Source: Thermoflavifilum sp. (GTDB taxonomy: Bacteria; Bacteroidota; Bacteroidia; Chitinophagales; Chitinophagaceae). From it: DNA of 64,000 nucleotides. Positions within the stretch are counted from its first letter, which is position 1; each line of letters opens with the position of its first letter. The position numbers and the translations under genes are program-made. Location of the stretch: assembly GCA_023511875.1 (NCBI GenBank), contig JAIMAQ010000003.1, positions 189,936 through 253,935 on the forward strand, written 5' to 3'. The notes under the pieces are model-generated. The model was not told where the DNA came from, did no database searches, and saw nothing but the letters and a program-made list of their open reading frames with translations. Positions 51,640 to 61,401 of this stretch are shown here, one piece after another.

Positions 51640-52614
51640 ATGAAAGATTTTACCCACTCGTTATGGCTCTTAGCATGTCTATGCTGCTGCCATGCAGCTC
51701 TTGCCCAGGAAGATCTGAGCCGTTTGTTCACCGATAGCAGTAGTGTGCAACTACCCGTGCTGGCCACCTTCAAAGGCACTACTTTGGTAAACCTGCAAAC
51801 CTCCAAAACCCTACATGCACATGACCTCTTATTTATTGTTGGTCATCGCTTTGGTGATTTCGCTGGTGCTAATGGAGGCGGAAAAACTTTTTTCGGTATG
51901 GATGCGATTAGCGATGTATTGATTGGCTTTGAATATGGTCTTTCTCATCGCCTCACGCTGGGTATAGGCCGCGACAAAGGCGCCCCCAATGGCATTTCTG
52001 AATACCAAACCCAACTGTTTTACCTAACAGGTAAATATCGCTTACTCGAGCAAACGACCAGAAACCAAATCCCCATTTCTCTAACCCTATTTGTAAGAAA
52101 TGTTTTCAGTGCAGTAAAAGCCCAGCCCATTCCCGCTTCCAATATCCATTTTACCCAATTTACCGACCGGTTGAGCGAAACTTTTCAGCTGTTGCTGGCG
52201 CGTAAATTTTCCGAACGTTTCTCAGCAGAATTGGTGCCTACATACATTTACCGAGCCACAACCACTCCAGAAGATCCTCATCATTTGCTGGCATTAGGAG
52301 CAGGCCTGCGTTGGAAAATCAACAAACGCATGGCCCTCATCGCCGACTATGTTCAACCTTTCCGTAACACCCAATCCCGTGACTATTACCGAACGCTCGG
52401 GCTGCGTTTCTACCCACCCCTGGGTATTGGCTGGGAAATAGAAACAGGCGGACATGTATTTCATATTGAATTCACCAATGCTACTTCCATATTAGAAAAC
52501 CAATTTATTCCTAACACAACTACTACATGGACAAACGGGCAATTTCGATGGGGATTTAACCTGACTCGAACGTTTACCCTGAAAAAAGGAGCAGCCGAAG
52601 AATGGAAGCAATAG
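51640..52614 (+). CDS. putative outer-membrane beta-barrel protein (DUF5777-like)
   Basis: It has a signal peptide. GHRFGDFAG...FFGMDAISDVLIGFEYGLSHRLTLGIGR resembles that family. The assignment is from memory of the motif and is unverified. Confidence 0.5.
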   Translation: MKDFTHSLWLLACLCCCHAALAQEDLSRLFTDSSSVQLPVLATFKGTTLVNLQTSKTLHAHDLLFIVGHRFGDFAGANGGGKTFFGMDAISDVLIGFEYGLSHRLTLGIGRDKGAPNGISEYQTQLFYLTGKYRLLEQTTRNQIPISLTLFVRNVFSAVKAQPIPASNIHFTQFTDRLSETFQLLLARKFSERFSAELVPTYIYRATTTPEDPHHLLALGAGLRWKINKRMALIADYVQPFRNTQSRDYYRTLGLRFYPPLGIGWEIETGGHVFHIEFTNATSILENQFIPNTTTTWTNGQFRWGFNLTRTFTLKKGAAEEWKQ

Positions 52615-52632
52615 AGGGTTGTTGCATCAGGT

Positions 52633-52703
52633 AGGGTTGATCGCTAGGAAGTATTTTCTTCCTGGGTCAGATCAACCCTTATTATCAGGTAAATTTTACC
52701 TGA
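52633..52703. promoter_or_regulatory. two adjacent perfect inverted repeats between the barrel gene and apaG (terminator and/or operator)
   Basis: The first repeat, agggttgatc...gatcaaccct (52633-52642 and 52670-52679), encloses the inner hairpin ggaag-tatttt-cttcc. The second is the 19-nt palindrome tcaggtaaa-t-tttacctga (52685-52703). Confidence 0.5.
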
Positions 52704-52745
52704 ATAGAATTACAAATTAATTATCTTTACACAAACCTACCTGCA

Positions 52746-53129
52746 ATGAAAAAGGTTACGGAAGGCGTTACCATCAGCGTGGAAACGTTTTTTCAGCCCG
52801 ATTACTCTAACCCCATGGGCAATGAATTTATGTTTGCCTATCGTATCACTATCGAAAATGATAACATCTTCCCCATTAAGCTCTTACGCCGGCATTGGTA
52901 TGTGGTGGATTCAAACGGCCTCCGCCGCGAGATTGAAGGTGAAGGTGTCGTGGGCATGCAACCCATCATTGCAGCTGGTGAACGCTATCAATATGTTTCG
53001 GGGTGCAATTTGCGCACCGAAATGGGCAAAATGTATGGCGTTTATCTGATGGAAAATTTGATGACTAAAAGAGTGTTTGAAGCCAAGATTCCAGAATTTC
53101 AAATGATTGCCCCGCTTAAGATGAACTGA
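52746..53129 (+). CDS. apaG: ApaG (DUF525) protein
   Basis: FMFAYRITIENDNIFPIKLLRRHWYVVDSNGLRREIEGEGVVGMQPII matches the ApaG family pattern. Confidence 0.85.
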   Translation: MKKVTEGVTISVETFFQPDYSNPMGNEFMFAYRITIENDNIFPIKLLRRHWYVVDSNGLRREIEGEGVVGMQPIIAAGERYQYVSGCNLRTEMGKMYGVYLMENLMTKRVFEAKIPEFQMIAPLKMN

Positions 53130-53856
53130 TCGTAGCTGCTTGCATCCATGCACAGGCCACGATGGCCGCTGTTTCTGTTCGTAATCGTGTATCTCCCAAA
53201 GAAACCTCTTGCCAACCCAAGGCTCTGGCCAATTGAATTTCTTCTGGTGTAAAATCGCCTTCCGGCCCAATCAATACACATACAGATGTTTGCGAGGTGG
53301 GCAAAGTCCATATCCAGCTTTTGGATCCAGGCTCACAATGAGCAATGGCACGTATGGAAGCATTGCATTGCTGGATCCAATCGGCAAATGCAATCGGCGA
53401 TGATAATTCGGGTAAATAATATTGCCTGGACTGAAGCATGGCGGCGATCATGAGCTGACGATACCGATCGGGCTTCCATCGGCTATGTGTTGAGCGGGCG
53501 GTAAGCAACGGATAAATGCGGGTAACACCTAATTCAGTGGCTTTTTCAATAAGCCATTCGGCCCTACCCGTATGATGAGGCAAGGCTACGCCCAGCCATC
53601 GCGCTGGAGGGGGAGCTTGTTGGGCAACACTTTCTAGCTGCACCCAGGCCGAACGGCGATCCAATTCCTTCAATACCGCCTCTGCCACTTGCCCTATGCC
53701 ATTGGTTAAAAGCAGCCTGTCGCCCACACGCATGCGCAACACCTGCACCGCATACCGATAGTTGGCTGCATCGAGCTCTACCTGCTCATGCAAGCTGGGC
53801 ACATACAACAGCGGTAATTCACGGGCGTAGGTATAAGGTGGCAAAAATTCTTCCAT
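53116..53856 (-). CDS. rsmE: 16S rRNA (uracil1498-N3)-methyltransferase
   Basis: The PUA-like N-domain is VLRMRVGDRLLLTNG, and the SPOUT C-domain is LIGPEGDFTPEE...GDTRLRTETA. Confidence 0.85.
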   Translation of the reverse strand: MEEFLPPYTYARELPLLYVPSLHEQVELDAANYRYAVQVLRMRVGDRLLLTNGIGQVAEAVLKELDRRSAWVQLESVAQQAPPPARWLGVALPHHTGRAEWLIEKATELGVTRIYPLLTARSTHSRWKPDRYRQLMIAAMLQSRQYYLPELSSPIAFADWIQQCNASIRAIAHCEPGSKSWIWTLPTSQTSVCVLIGPEGDFTPEEIQLARALGWQEVSLGDTRLRTETAAIVACAWMQAATISSS

Positions 53857-53858
53857 GC

Positions 53859-55418
53859 TTAAAACGGCGCATCTTCATCGAGATCATTCATGTAATCGTT
53901 CATCCGCGAAGAACGTTCAATATACAAGCGAGACGAATCATTTTCGGTATATGAGCCCGAAACCGATTTGTTAGGAAATACACCCAAACCCTGCTCTTCG
54001 AATTCAATAAATTTCTGAATCGATTTCAGCATCTTGAGCTTGATGGTATCTAACCGACCATTACGATGTTTAGCGATGCGAACATACGTTTCGCCTTCAG
54101 TAGATTCTCCAAATTCATTGGTGGTGATATCATAATATTCAGGACGATAGAGGAAGAGCACCACGTCGGCATCTTGCTCAATAGCGCCCGATTCTCGCAA
54201 ATCACTCAGTTGTGGCATCTTGTTGGTATCTTTTCTTTTCTCCACTTCACGGCTCAGCTGAGAAAGGGCAATGATTGGAATTTCGAGTTCTTTGGCTAAC
54301 GATTTCAGGTCACGAGAAATTTTACTGATCTCTTGTTCGCGATTCACGTTCCGATTTTCATGATTACTGCTCATCAACTGTAAATAGTCGACGATTACAA
54401 GGCCTATTTGGTGCTTGCCTTTCAGTCGGCGACATTTGGCACGCAGTTCAAAGATATTTAGGGCTGGTGTATCGTCAATAAAAATGGGGGCTTTCGCCAG
54501 CTTAGCCATACCATTATTCAGCTGGGCAAATTCATAATCGGCCAATTTACCCCTGGAAATGCTTTCCAACGAAATTTCCGTTTCCATTGCCAGAAAACGC
54601 TGGATAATTTGATCACTCGACATTTCCATAGAAAACACAGCTACGGGAACGGGTTGAGTGGGATGCAATGCTGCATTGCGAGCTAAGTTGAGCGCAAATG
54701 CTGTTTTCCCTACAGATGGGCGTGCAGCCAAAATAATTAAGTCGGAACGTTGCCAACCATAGGTAATAGCATCCAACGATCGAAATCCCGAGGGCACCCC
54801 GGTCATATGATCGGAACGGTTTCGCAACTCCTCAATTCGCTTAATGGCTCTCACCACCAAAGAGTCGATAGGAGCAAAATTTTGCCGCAGGTGGTTGTCG
54901 GTGATCTCAAAAAGCTTGGTTTCTGCATTGTCGAGTAAATCAAAAATATCTGTGCCTTCTTCATATGCCTCAGCAATAATTTCTCCAGAAATACGGATGA
55001 GCTCGCGCTGAATAAATTTTTGCAAGATGATTCGCGCATGCGCTTCAATATTGGCCGCCGAAACTACCGATTGAGTAAGCTTGGTCACATAATAAGCCCC
55101 TCCCACCAATTCCAATTCCCCTGTTTTACGCAATTCTTCGACCACGGTGAGAATATCTACAGGAAGCGATTGATCGGCCAAACGCCGAATGGCAGAGAAA
55201 ATCCGCTGATGAGCCTCTACATAAAAACATTCTGGCTTCAAAATCTCCAGAGCAGTCTCATAAGCCGTCTTTTCTAGCATGATCGCCCCCAGCACAGCTT
55301 CTTCTAAATCGGGCGCCTGCGGAGGTACTTTGCCATACATCAATCCGCTCAGGTCTATAGTTTTTTTTCGGCCTGCCGATGCCCGGCTATCTTTTTTAAG
55401 ATGTACTTCCATCGACAA
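53859..55418 (-). CDS. dnaB: replicative DNA helicase
   Basis: PPQAPDLEEAVLGAIML is the DnaB N-domain. Walker A is AARPSVGKTAF. Also present are SMEMS and DYLQLM. Confidence 0.95.
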   Translation of the reverse strand: MSMEVHLKKDSRASAGRKKTIDLSGLMYGKVPPQAPDLEEAVLGAIMLEKTAYETALEILKPECFYVEAHQRIFSAIRRLADQSLPVDILTVVEELRKTGELELVGGAYYVTKLTQSVVSAANIEAHARIILQKFIQRELIRISGEIIAEAYEEGTDIFDLLDNAETKLFEITDNHLRQNFAPIDSLVVRAIKRIEELRNRSDHMTGVPSGFRSLDAITYGWQRSDLIILAARPSVGKTAFALNLARNAALHPTQPVPVAVFSMEMSSDQIIQRFLAMETEISLESISRGKLADYEFAQLNNGMAKLAKAPIFIDDTPALNIFELRAKCRRLKGKHQIGLVIVDYLQLMSSNHENRNVNREQEISKISRDLKSLAKELEIPIIALSQLSREVEKRKDTNKMPQLSDLRESGAIEQDADVVLFLYRPEYYDITTNEFGESTEGETYVRIAKHRNGRLDTIKLKMLKSIQKFIEFEEQGLGVFPNKSVSGSYTENDSSRLYIERSSRMNDYMNDLDEDAPF

Positions 55419-55577
55419 TCTCCTTTGGGTTTGAGGTGTTGGTTTGGCTGAAAAAACAATATGAATTGATCATGAAAAATTCATGAACAAATCTTGAACT
55501 TTTCAGCCTATTGAAACTAAGGTAATGGGTTTTTTAGATTCCCAAATAACCCTTTCAGTAAAAAATTTATTCTTTCC

Positions 55578-55684
55578 TTATGCACAAATTATCCTACTGT
55601 CATTGCATAATTATGCATCTATTTAGGCCTGGTTTTCCACCAATTTTATCGATTGCTCTAATACTATCCACAGGATTTTCCACA
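55578..55684 (+). promoter_or_regulatory. cluster of four DnaA-box-like 9-mers
   Basis: The 9-mers are TTATGCACA (55578-55586), TTTTCCACC (55633-55641), CTATCCACA (55664-55672) and TTTTCCACA (55676-55684). All are in the same orientation, and each has 0-1 mismatch to TTWTNCACA. Confidence 0.45.
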
Positions 55685-55848
55685 AAGCTCGTGAAAAAAG
55701 ATTTTGCTCGCTATCCTTGTTTGTGTGTAAAAAATTTCTACGGCATAAGTTCTTAATTTTACGCCCCGCCGGGGTAAACATTAGCCCTAAAAAGTTGATG
55801 TTTCATCACCCGCCTTATGCGGAAAAAGGATGTAAAGACTGCTGGTTC

Positions 55849-58320
55849 ATGAAAATCGCTTATCACTGGTTATTGCAATATCTCCCCCTTGGAAAAGCCG
55901 GATGGCCCCATATCTTGGAAGCAGAGGAAATTGCTCAGATACTCACTTCCGTTGGGCTAGAAGTGGAACAGCTGACCGAATTTTCTTCTATTCCAGGCGC
56001 ATTAGAGGGGCTCGTAGTGGGAGAAGTAGAAGCAGTATGGAAGCATCCCGATGCTGATAAACTCCAGCTCACGCGGGTAAAAATAAGCGACAATCGATCG
56101 CTTCAAATTGTATGTGGTGCACCTAATGTAGCCGTAGGGCAAAAGGTGGTAGTGGCACTTCCAGGAACCACCTTACACCCCTTGAAAGGTGAGCCCTTCC
56201 AGCTAAAAACCACCAAGATCCGCGGACAACTAAGCGAAGGTATGCTATGTGCTGCCGATGAGATCGGACTGGCTGAAGATCATAGTGGCATCCTCGTACT
56301 CGATGCCACTGCCAAGCCAGGCTCGCCACTCTCGCATTACATTCCCGTATTCCAAGATCGTGTTTTCGAAATCGGCCTTACCCCCAACCGCATGGACGCC
56401 ATGAGCCATATTGGGGTAGCCCGCGATATCTGTGCATATGTAAACCACCACCATCGCCTACAGGGCACTCTCCAATGGCCTAGTATACATACTTTCCCCA
56501 ATACGGGCTTAGCCCCTTCTCCCATACAAATAGAAATCGTAGACCCCGACGCTTGCTTGCGGTATGCAGGATTGCTCATCGAAGACGTACAAGTGGGCCC
56601 TTCGCCAGCCTGGCTTCAAGCAGCCCTGGAATCGATTGGCATAAAACCCATCAACAACGTCGTAGATATCACCAATTATGTATTGCACGAATGCGGCCAA
56701 CCTTTGCATGCGTTTAATGCAGATGCCATAATAGGCAATTGCGTGCGAATACGAAAAGCACAACCAGGCGAACATTTGCTAACACTCGATGGCAAAGACC
56801 GCTCGCTATATCCTACCGATCTCATGATTTGCGATGCTCAGCAGCCTATGTGCATCGCTGGCGTATTCGGTGGCGTGGCTTCTGGCATCCAAGAAAATAC
56901 CCGACGGGTGTTTCTCGAAAGTGCCGTCTTTCATCCAGCATCGATCCGACAAACTTCCTTGCAACATGGATTGCGCACAGAAGCCGCCTTACGCTTTGAA
57001 AAAGGGGTGGATATTTCCCGGGTACTATTTGCATTGAAACGAGCAGCCCTGCTCATCCGTGAATTGGCTGGCGGACAAATTCGCTATCAACTCGTAGACC
57101 TATATCCACACCCCCCTGCACCCCGCCAGATTAGACTTACCAAACACTATTTGTTTTCTTTAAGCGGGAAAAACTATCCCCAGCAAGCCGTAGAAAACTT
57201 GCTGGAAGACCTGGAATTTGAGCTCATTTCGGCTAATGAACAGGAATGGATCTGGCAGGTGCCTCCATTTAAACACGATGTGAAGCAACCAGCCGACCTG
57301 GTAGAAGAAATCATGCGGATTGATGGCTTAGACCAAATACCGATTCCATCGAAAATGCACTTTTCTCCAGCACATCACCGCTTTCGTGACCGCGAAAATC
57401 TACAGGAAAAATTATCAGATTACCTGGTGGCTAAAGGATTTAGTGAGATATATACCAATTCTATTTCCAATAGCCAACTATACACGCCCTATCCGCAGGA
57501 AAATATCGTGCATCTCCTCAACCATTTAAATGCTGAACTCGACGTACTGCGGCCTTCTATGCTGGAAAATGGCCTGGCATGTGTGGCTTTTAACCAACAT
57601 CATCGCAATGAGCAAATTGCTTTTTTTGAATTCGGAAAAACTTATCACCAAACTGGCATAGGTGAATATGCCGAACAAGAGTTCTTATCGATTTGGCTAG
57701 CAGGCGATCACCACCCACAATGGTGGGCACCAGCACCCAGTAACTCACCTCCCAGTTGGTTTTTCCTGAAAACAATTGTAGACAATATCTGCCGTATGGC
57801 AGGTATTTCTCTACTCGAATTTAGCGAGCAGGCTTCCCACCCTCGGCTAAACCCTTGCCTTGGCCTACACATGCAAGGAGAACCCCTTGGCATATTAGGA
57901 GCCGTAGATACCCAAACGGGGCACCTGTTCGATATGCAACTACCCGTGTACTATGCCGAATTAGCGTGGCATAAATTGGTACAAGCCCAAGCCAATACCC
58001 GTGTCCAGTACCAAGAAATCATCCCTTATCCTGTGGTGCGGCGAGACATTTCTTTCCTGATCGATCGAGAAATTCCTTATGCCCATATCCACATGACAAT
58101 CGCTTCCGCAAAAGTTCCCTACCTGATCGATTGGCGACTCATTGATCTATTTGAAAGTGCTAAGCTGGAAGCTGGAAAGAAATCGTGTACCTTGAGCTTG
58201 TTTTTCCAACATCCAGAACGAACCCTTACCGAAAAGGATGTAGATCAAAGCCTACAACAGATGATCCAAACGTTGGAACAACAATTGCATATCCGTTTAC
58301 GCCAGGGCAATAACCCTTAA
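55849..58320 (+). CDS. pheT: phenylalanine--tRNA ligase beta subunit
   Basis: The N-terminus is MKIAYHWLLQYLPL, the tRNA-binding domain is VGEVEAVWKHPDADKLQLTRVKI, and B3/4 and B5 regions are present. The ORF-track start at 55717 adds 44 non-conserved residues. Confidence 0.93.
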   Translation: MKIAYHWLLQYLPLGKAGWPHILEAEEIAQILTSVGLEVEQLTEFSSIPGALEGLVVGEVEAVWKHPDADKLQLTRVKISDNRSLQIVCGAPNVAVGQKVVVALPGTTLHPLKGEPFQLKTTKIRGQLSEGMLCAADEIGLAEDHSGILVLDATAKPGSPLSHYIPVFQDRVFEIGLTPNRMDAMSHIGVARDICAYVNHHHRLQGTLQWPSIHTFPNTGLAPSPIQIEIVDPDACLRYAGLLIEDVQVGPSPAWLQAALESIGIKPINNVVDITNYVLHECGQPLHAFNADAIIGNCVRIRKAQPGEHLLTLDGKDRSLYPTDLMICDAQQPMCIAGVFGGVASGIQENTRRVFLESAVFHPASIRQTSLQHGLRTEAALRFEKGVDISRVLFALKRAALLIRELAGGQIRYQLVDLYPHPPAPRQIRLTKHYLFSLSGKNYPQQAVENLLEDLEFELISANEQEWIWQVPPFKHDVKQPADLVEEIMRIDGLDQIPIPSKMHFSPAHHRFRDRENLQEKLSDYLVAKGFSEIYTNSISNSQLYTPYPQENIVHLLNHLNAELDVLRPSMLENGLACVAFNQHHRNEQIAFFEFGKTYHQTGIGEYAEQEFLSIWLAGDHHPQWWAPAPSNSPPSWFFLKTIVDNICRMAGISLLEFSEQASHPRLNPCLGLHMQGEPLGILGAVDTQTGHLFDMQLPVYYAELAWHKLVQAQANTRVQYQEIIPYPVVRRDISFLIDREIPYAHIHMTIASAKVPYLIDWRLIDLFESAKLEAGKKSCTLSLFFQHPERTLTEKDVDQSLQQMIQTLEQQLHIRLRQGNNP

Positions 58321-58332
58321 GCAACGTTACCT

Positions 58333-58626
58333 ATGCAGCCTCAAGAAACACTCGATAATATTGAGCAGAAGCTCAGGCAATTGGTAGAGCGCTACAAGGC
58401 TACTCTTCAAGAAAATCATCGATTAAAAACCCAGCTGGCTACCCAAAGTCAAGAACTCCAAGCCTTGCATGCAGAGGTAGAACGACTTCGTACACAAGTG
58501 CAAATTACGCGCATGGTGAAAATTAACACCCTCAATCTCGATGAGGCTGCTCGTAAAGAAATCAGAAACCTGCTAAACAACTATATCCGAGAAATCGAGC
58601 TCTGTATTGCCGAACTTCAACTTTAA
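58333..58626 (+). CDS. hypothetical coiled-coil protein (possible cell-division associated)
   Basis: 97 aa with heptad-rich sequence, located directly upstream of zapA. Confidence 0.5.
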   Translation: MQPQETLDNIEQKLRQLVERYKATLQENHRLKTQLATQSQELQALHAEVERLRTQVQITRMVKINTLNLDEAARKEIRNLLNNYIREIELCIAELQL

Positions 58627-58638
58627 CCCTTCAGCTTT

Positions 58639-58923
58639 ATGGAAACACCCAATCAATTAATGGCTATACAGGTTACCCTTGCCGACCGGTCGTATCGACT
58701 GAAGATTTATCCTCAAGAGGAAGCTTTTATCCGACAAACCATTAAAAGCCTCAACCAAAAAATTTTAGAATTCAAAACCAACTATGCAGGCAAGGATATG
58801 CAAGATTATATTGCCATGTGCTTGATTGACTATGCCACCCAACCCAATAACCATTCAGCTGCTGCTCTACAGCCTTCCCTGAAACATATTGAGCAACTAC
58901 TCGACCAAGCCTTGCAGCTATAA
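58639..58923 (+). CDS. zapA: cell division protein ZapA
   Basis: IQVTLADRSYRLKIYPQEEAFIRQTIKSLNQKILEFK is the typical ZapA N-domain. Confidence 0.8.
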   Translation: METPNQLMAIQVTLADRSYRLKIYPQEEAFIRQTIKSLNQKILEFKTNYAGKDMQDYIAMCLIDYATQPNNHSAAALQPSLKHIEQLLDQALQL

Positions 58924-59006
58924 ATGCACAAGCGGCTAATTTTGTATCTTCGCACATTCTACTTTACCGCCTGTAAAGGCCTTTTTTATGAACCAAATCA
59001 TTTCAC

Positions 59007-60575
59007 ATGGATATGTCTATCGGATTATTGATTGGGATTGGAGTGGCAGCTGCTATCGTGGGCATCCTCATTGGGAAACTGATCTTCTCCAAAAATACAC
59101 AACACCGCATCCAAGAGGCAGAAGAACAAGCCCAAAAAATGCTAGCCGAAGCCAAGCTCGCCGCTGATACCCTCAAAGAAAAAAAACTATTAGAAGCTAA
59201 AGAACATTACCTGCAACTAAAAGCAGAGTTTGAAAAAGAAGTCTTGCAACGCAACCAGAAGTTGCTGGAAGCCGAAAACCGCATCAAACAAAAAGAACAG
59301 TCGTTAAACCAGAAAACCGAAAATGTACAACGGCAGATTCAAGAAAACCAAGCCTTGAAAGAGCATCTGCAGCGCCAATTGGAAATCGTCAACCAGCAGC
59401 GCACCGAATTAGAAAAGCATCAGGAAGAGCATATTCGACGATTGGAAAAAATAGCCGGGCTTACTGCAGAAGAAGCCAAAGCTCAGCTCATAGAAAGCCT
59501 GAAAGAAGAAGCACGCACGCAAGCTATGGCTTACCTGCAAGAGATGATGGAAGAGGCTAAAGCCAAGGCTAGTAAAGAAGCTAAAAAAATCATTATCCAA
59601 ACTATACAGCGCACAGCTGCCGAGCAAACTATCGAAAATGCCATTACGGTTTTCAACCTGGAGAGCGACGAAATCAAAGGCCAAATCATTGGCCGTGAAG
59701 GACGCAATATCCGCGCCATAGAAGCCGCTACCGGAGTAGATCTTATCGTCGACGATACCCCCGAAGCTATTGTACTTTCTTGCTTCGATCCACTGCGTCG
59801 AGAAGTTGCTCGCCTTTCGCTGCAACGCCTGATCCAGGATGGCCGAATCCATCCTGCTCGTATTGAAGAAGTGGTAGAAAAAACCAAACGCCAGCTCGAA
59901 GAACAGGTAATGGAAATTGGCGAACGTACCGTCATTGAACTGGGTATCCACGGCATGCACCCAGAGCTGATCCGTATGGTGGGTAAAATGCGCTTCCGCT
60001 CATCCTACGGCCAAAACCTGTTAATGCACTCTAAAGAAACAGCCAACCTTTGTGCCATCATGGCCGCTGAGCTGGGCCTGAATCCCAAACTGGCCAAGCG
60101 CGCAGGGCTACTACACGATATTGGCAAAGTGCCCGACGAAGAAAGCGAACTCTCGCATGCCTTGCTGGGCATGAAGCTAGCTGAAAAATACAATGAACAC
60201 CCTGCCGTGGTCAACGCCATAGGAGCCCATCACGACGAAATTGAAATGACCTATGTGATTGCACCTATCGTGCAAGCTTGCGATGCTATCAGTGGCGCTC
60301 GCCCAGGTGCCCGCCGAGAAATCATGCAAAGCTATCTGCAACGTATCAAAGACCTGGAAACACTGGCAATGAGCTTTTCTGGGGTGGAAAAAGCTTATGC
60401 CATCCAGGCAGGACGCGAACTGCGCGTGATCGTGGAAAGTGAGAAGGTAAGCGATAGCGATGCCGATCGCCTCTCCTTCGAGATCGCTCAAAAGATTCAA
60501 AATGAAATGCAATTCCCCGGACAAATTAAGGTGACTGTCATTCGTGAAAAACGCGCGGTGAGCGTGGCTAGATAA
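59007..60575 (+). CDS. rny: ribonuclease Y
   Basis: It has an N-terminal TM helix, a coiled coil, a KH domain ([15 protein letters not shown]) and an HD domain (LLHDIGK...GAHHDE). Confidence 0.95.
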   Translation: MDMSIGLLIGIGVAAAIVGILIGKLIFSKNTQHRIQEAEEQAQKMLAEAKLAADTLKEKKLLEAKEHYLQLKAEFEKEVLQRNQKLLEAENRIKQKEQSLNQKTENVQRQIQENQALKEHLQRQLEIVNQQRTELEKHQEEHIRRLEKIAGLTAEEAKAQLIESLKEEARTQAMAYLQEMMEEAKAKASKEAKKIIIQTIQRTAAEQTIENAITVFNLESDEIKGQIIGREGRNIRAIEAATGVDLIVDDTPEAIVLSCFDPLRREVARLSLQRLIQDGRIHPARIEEVVEKTKRQLEEQVMEIGERTVIELGIHGMHPELIRMVGKMRFRSSYGQNLLMHSKETANLCAIMAAELGLNPKLAKRAGLLHDIGKVPDEESELSHALLGMKLAEKYNEHPAVVNAIGAHHDEIEMTYVIAPIVQACDAISGARPGARREIMQSYLQRIKDLETLAMSFSGVEKAYAIQAGRELRVIVESEKVSDSDADRLSFEIAQKIQNEMQFPGQIKVTVIREKRAVSVAR

Positions 60576-60657
60576 AACATCATCTGGCTTCGGCTAGCTT
60601 CTGTGGTACGTGAATAAGCATGTTTTCAATGTTACTGGGTATGTTTTTCATGCATTC

Positions 60658-61398
60658 ATGGAAACAAATTGCCTCAATCCGTTAATCAGCATCGTTATAC
60701 CCACCTATCAGGAAGCAGGCCAGATAGGGAAACTAATCAGCTATTTACGTGAAATCATCGTTCAAGAAGGTTTTGAAGAAAAGGCTGTTCAAATCATTGT
60801 TTGTGACGGCGGCAGTACAGATCAAACTCTGCAAGAAGCTAAAGCCGCAGGGGCACTCACTTTGCTTTCCCCTAAGAAACAACGCGCAGCTCAGATGAAT
60901 GCAGGTGCTCAATTGGCTAAAGGCAAAATCCTCTATTTCCTTCATGCAGATTGTTATCCTCCTACCCATTTTCTATCAGCCATTCAAAAAGCAGTTTCAG
61001 CAGGCTATTTAGCAGGATGCTTTCGCATGCGCTTTGATTCAAATAATTGGCTGCTCAAAATCAATCAATTCTTCACCCGCTTACCGTTCCTGTTTTGCAG
61101 GGGAGGCGATCAATCTCTTTTTATTACCCAAGAACTATTTCAGAAATTGGGTGGATTCAATGAATCAATGATCATCATGGAAGATTTTGACATCATTCAA
61201 CGTATTCAGCGAAATCATAAATTTTATATCATCCCTGATTATGTAAAGGTATCTGCACGAAAGTATACAACAAATCCCTGGTGGAAAGTACAGTTTGCAA
61301 ATTTTATCGTGATGCGCATGTACCTGCGAGGAGCTTCCCAACAAAAATTGAAAGATACTTATCAACGCTTACTGGCATATCGCAGATCTGAGGAATAA
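60658..61398 (+). CDS. GT2 glycosyltransferase of the arsenosugar-cluster type (TIGR04283-like)
   Basis: ISIVIPTYQEAGQIGKLI ... CDGGSTD ... FLHAD are GT2 motifs. It sits next to the ArsS-type cluster. The start is uncertain (ATG 60658 or GTG 60610). Confidence 0.65.
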   Translation: METNCLNPLISIVIPTYQEAGQIGKLISYLREIIVQEGFEEKAVQIIVCDGGSTDQTLQEAKAAGALTLLSPKKQRAAQMNAGAQLAKGKILYFLHADCYPPTHFLSAIQKAVSAGYLAGCFRMRFDSNNWLLKINQFFTRLPFLFCRGGDQSLFITQELFQKLGGFNESMIIMEDFDIIQRIQRNHKFYIIPDYVKVSARKYTTNPWWKVQFANFIVMRMYLRGASQQKLKDTYQRLLAYRRSEE

Positions 61399-61401
61399 TC
61401 T

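Noticed and set aside
58924-59006. 6S RNA (ssrS) downstream of zapA, as in the enterobacterial arrangement
   Set aside because: The gap is only 83 nt, far shorter than a ~180-nt 6S RNA, and I see no extended imperfect hairpin.
59409-59960. 183-aa and 141-aa minus-strand ORFs inside rny
   Set aside because: They lie antisense to a highly conserved RNase Y coding region and have no motifs, so they are typical shadow ORFs.
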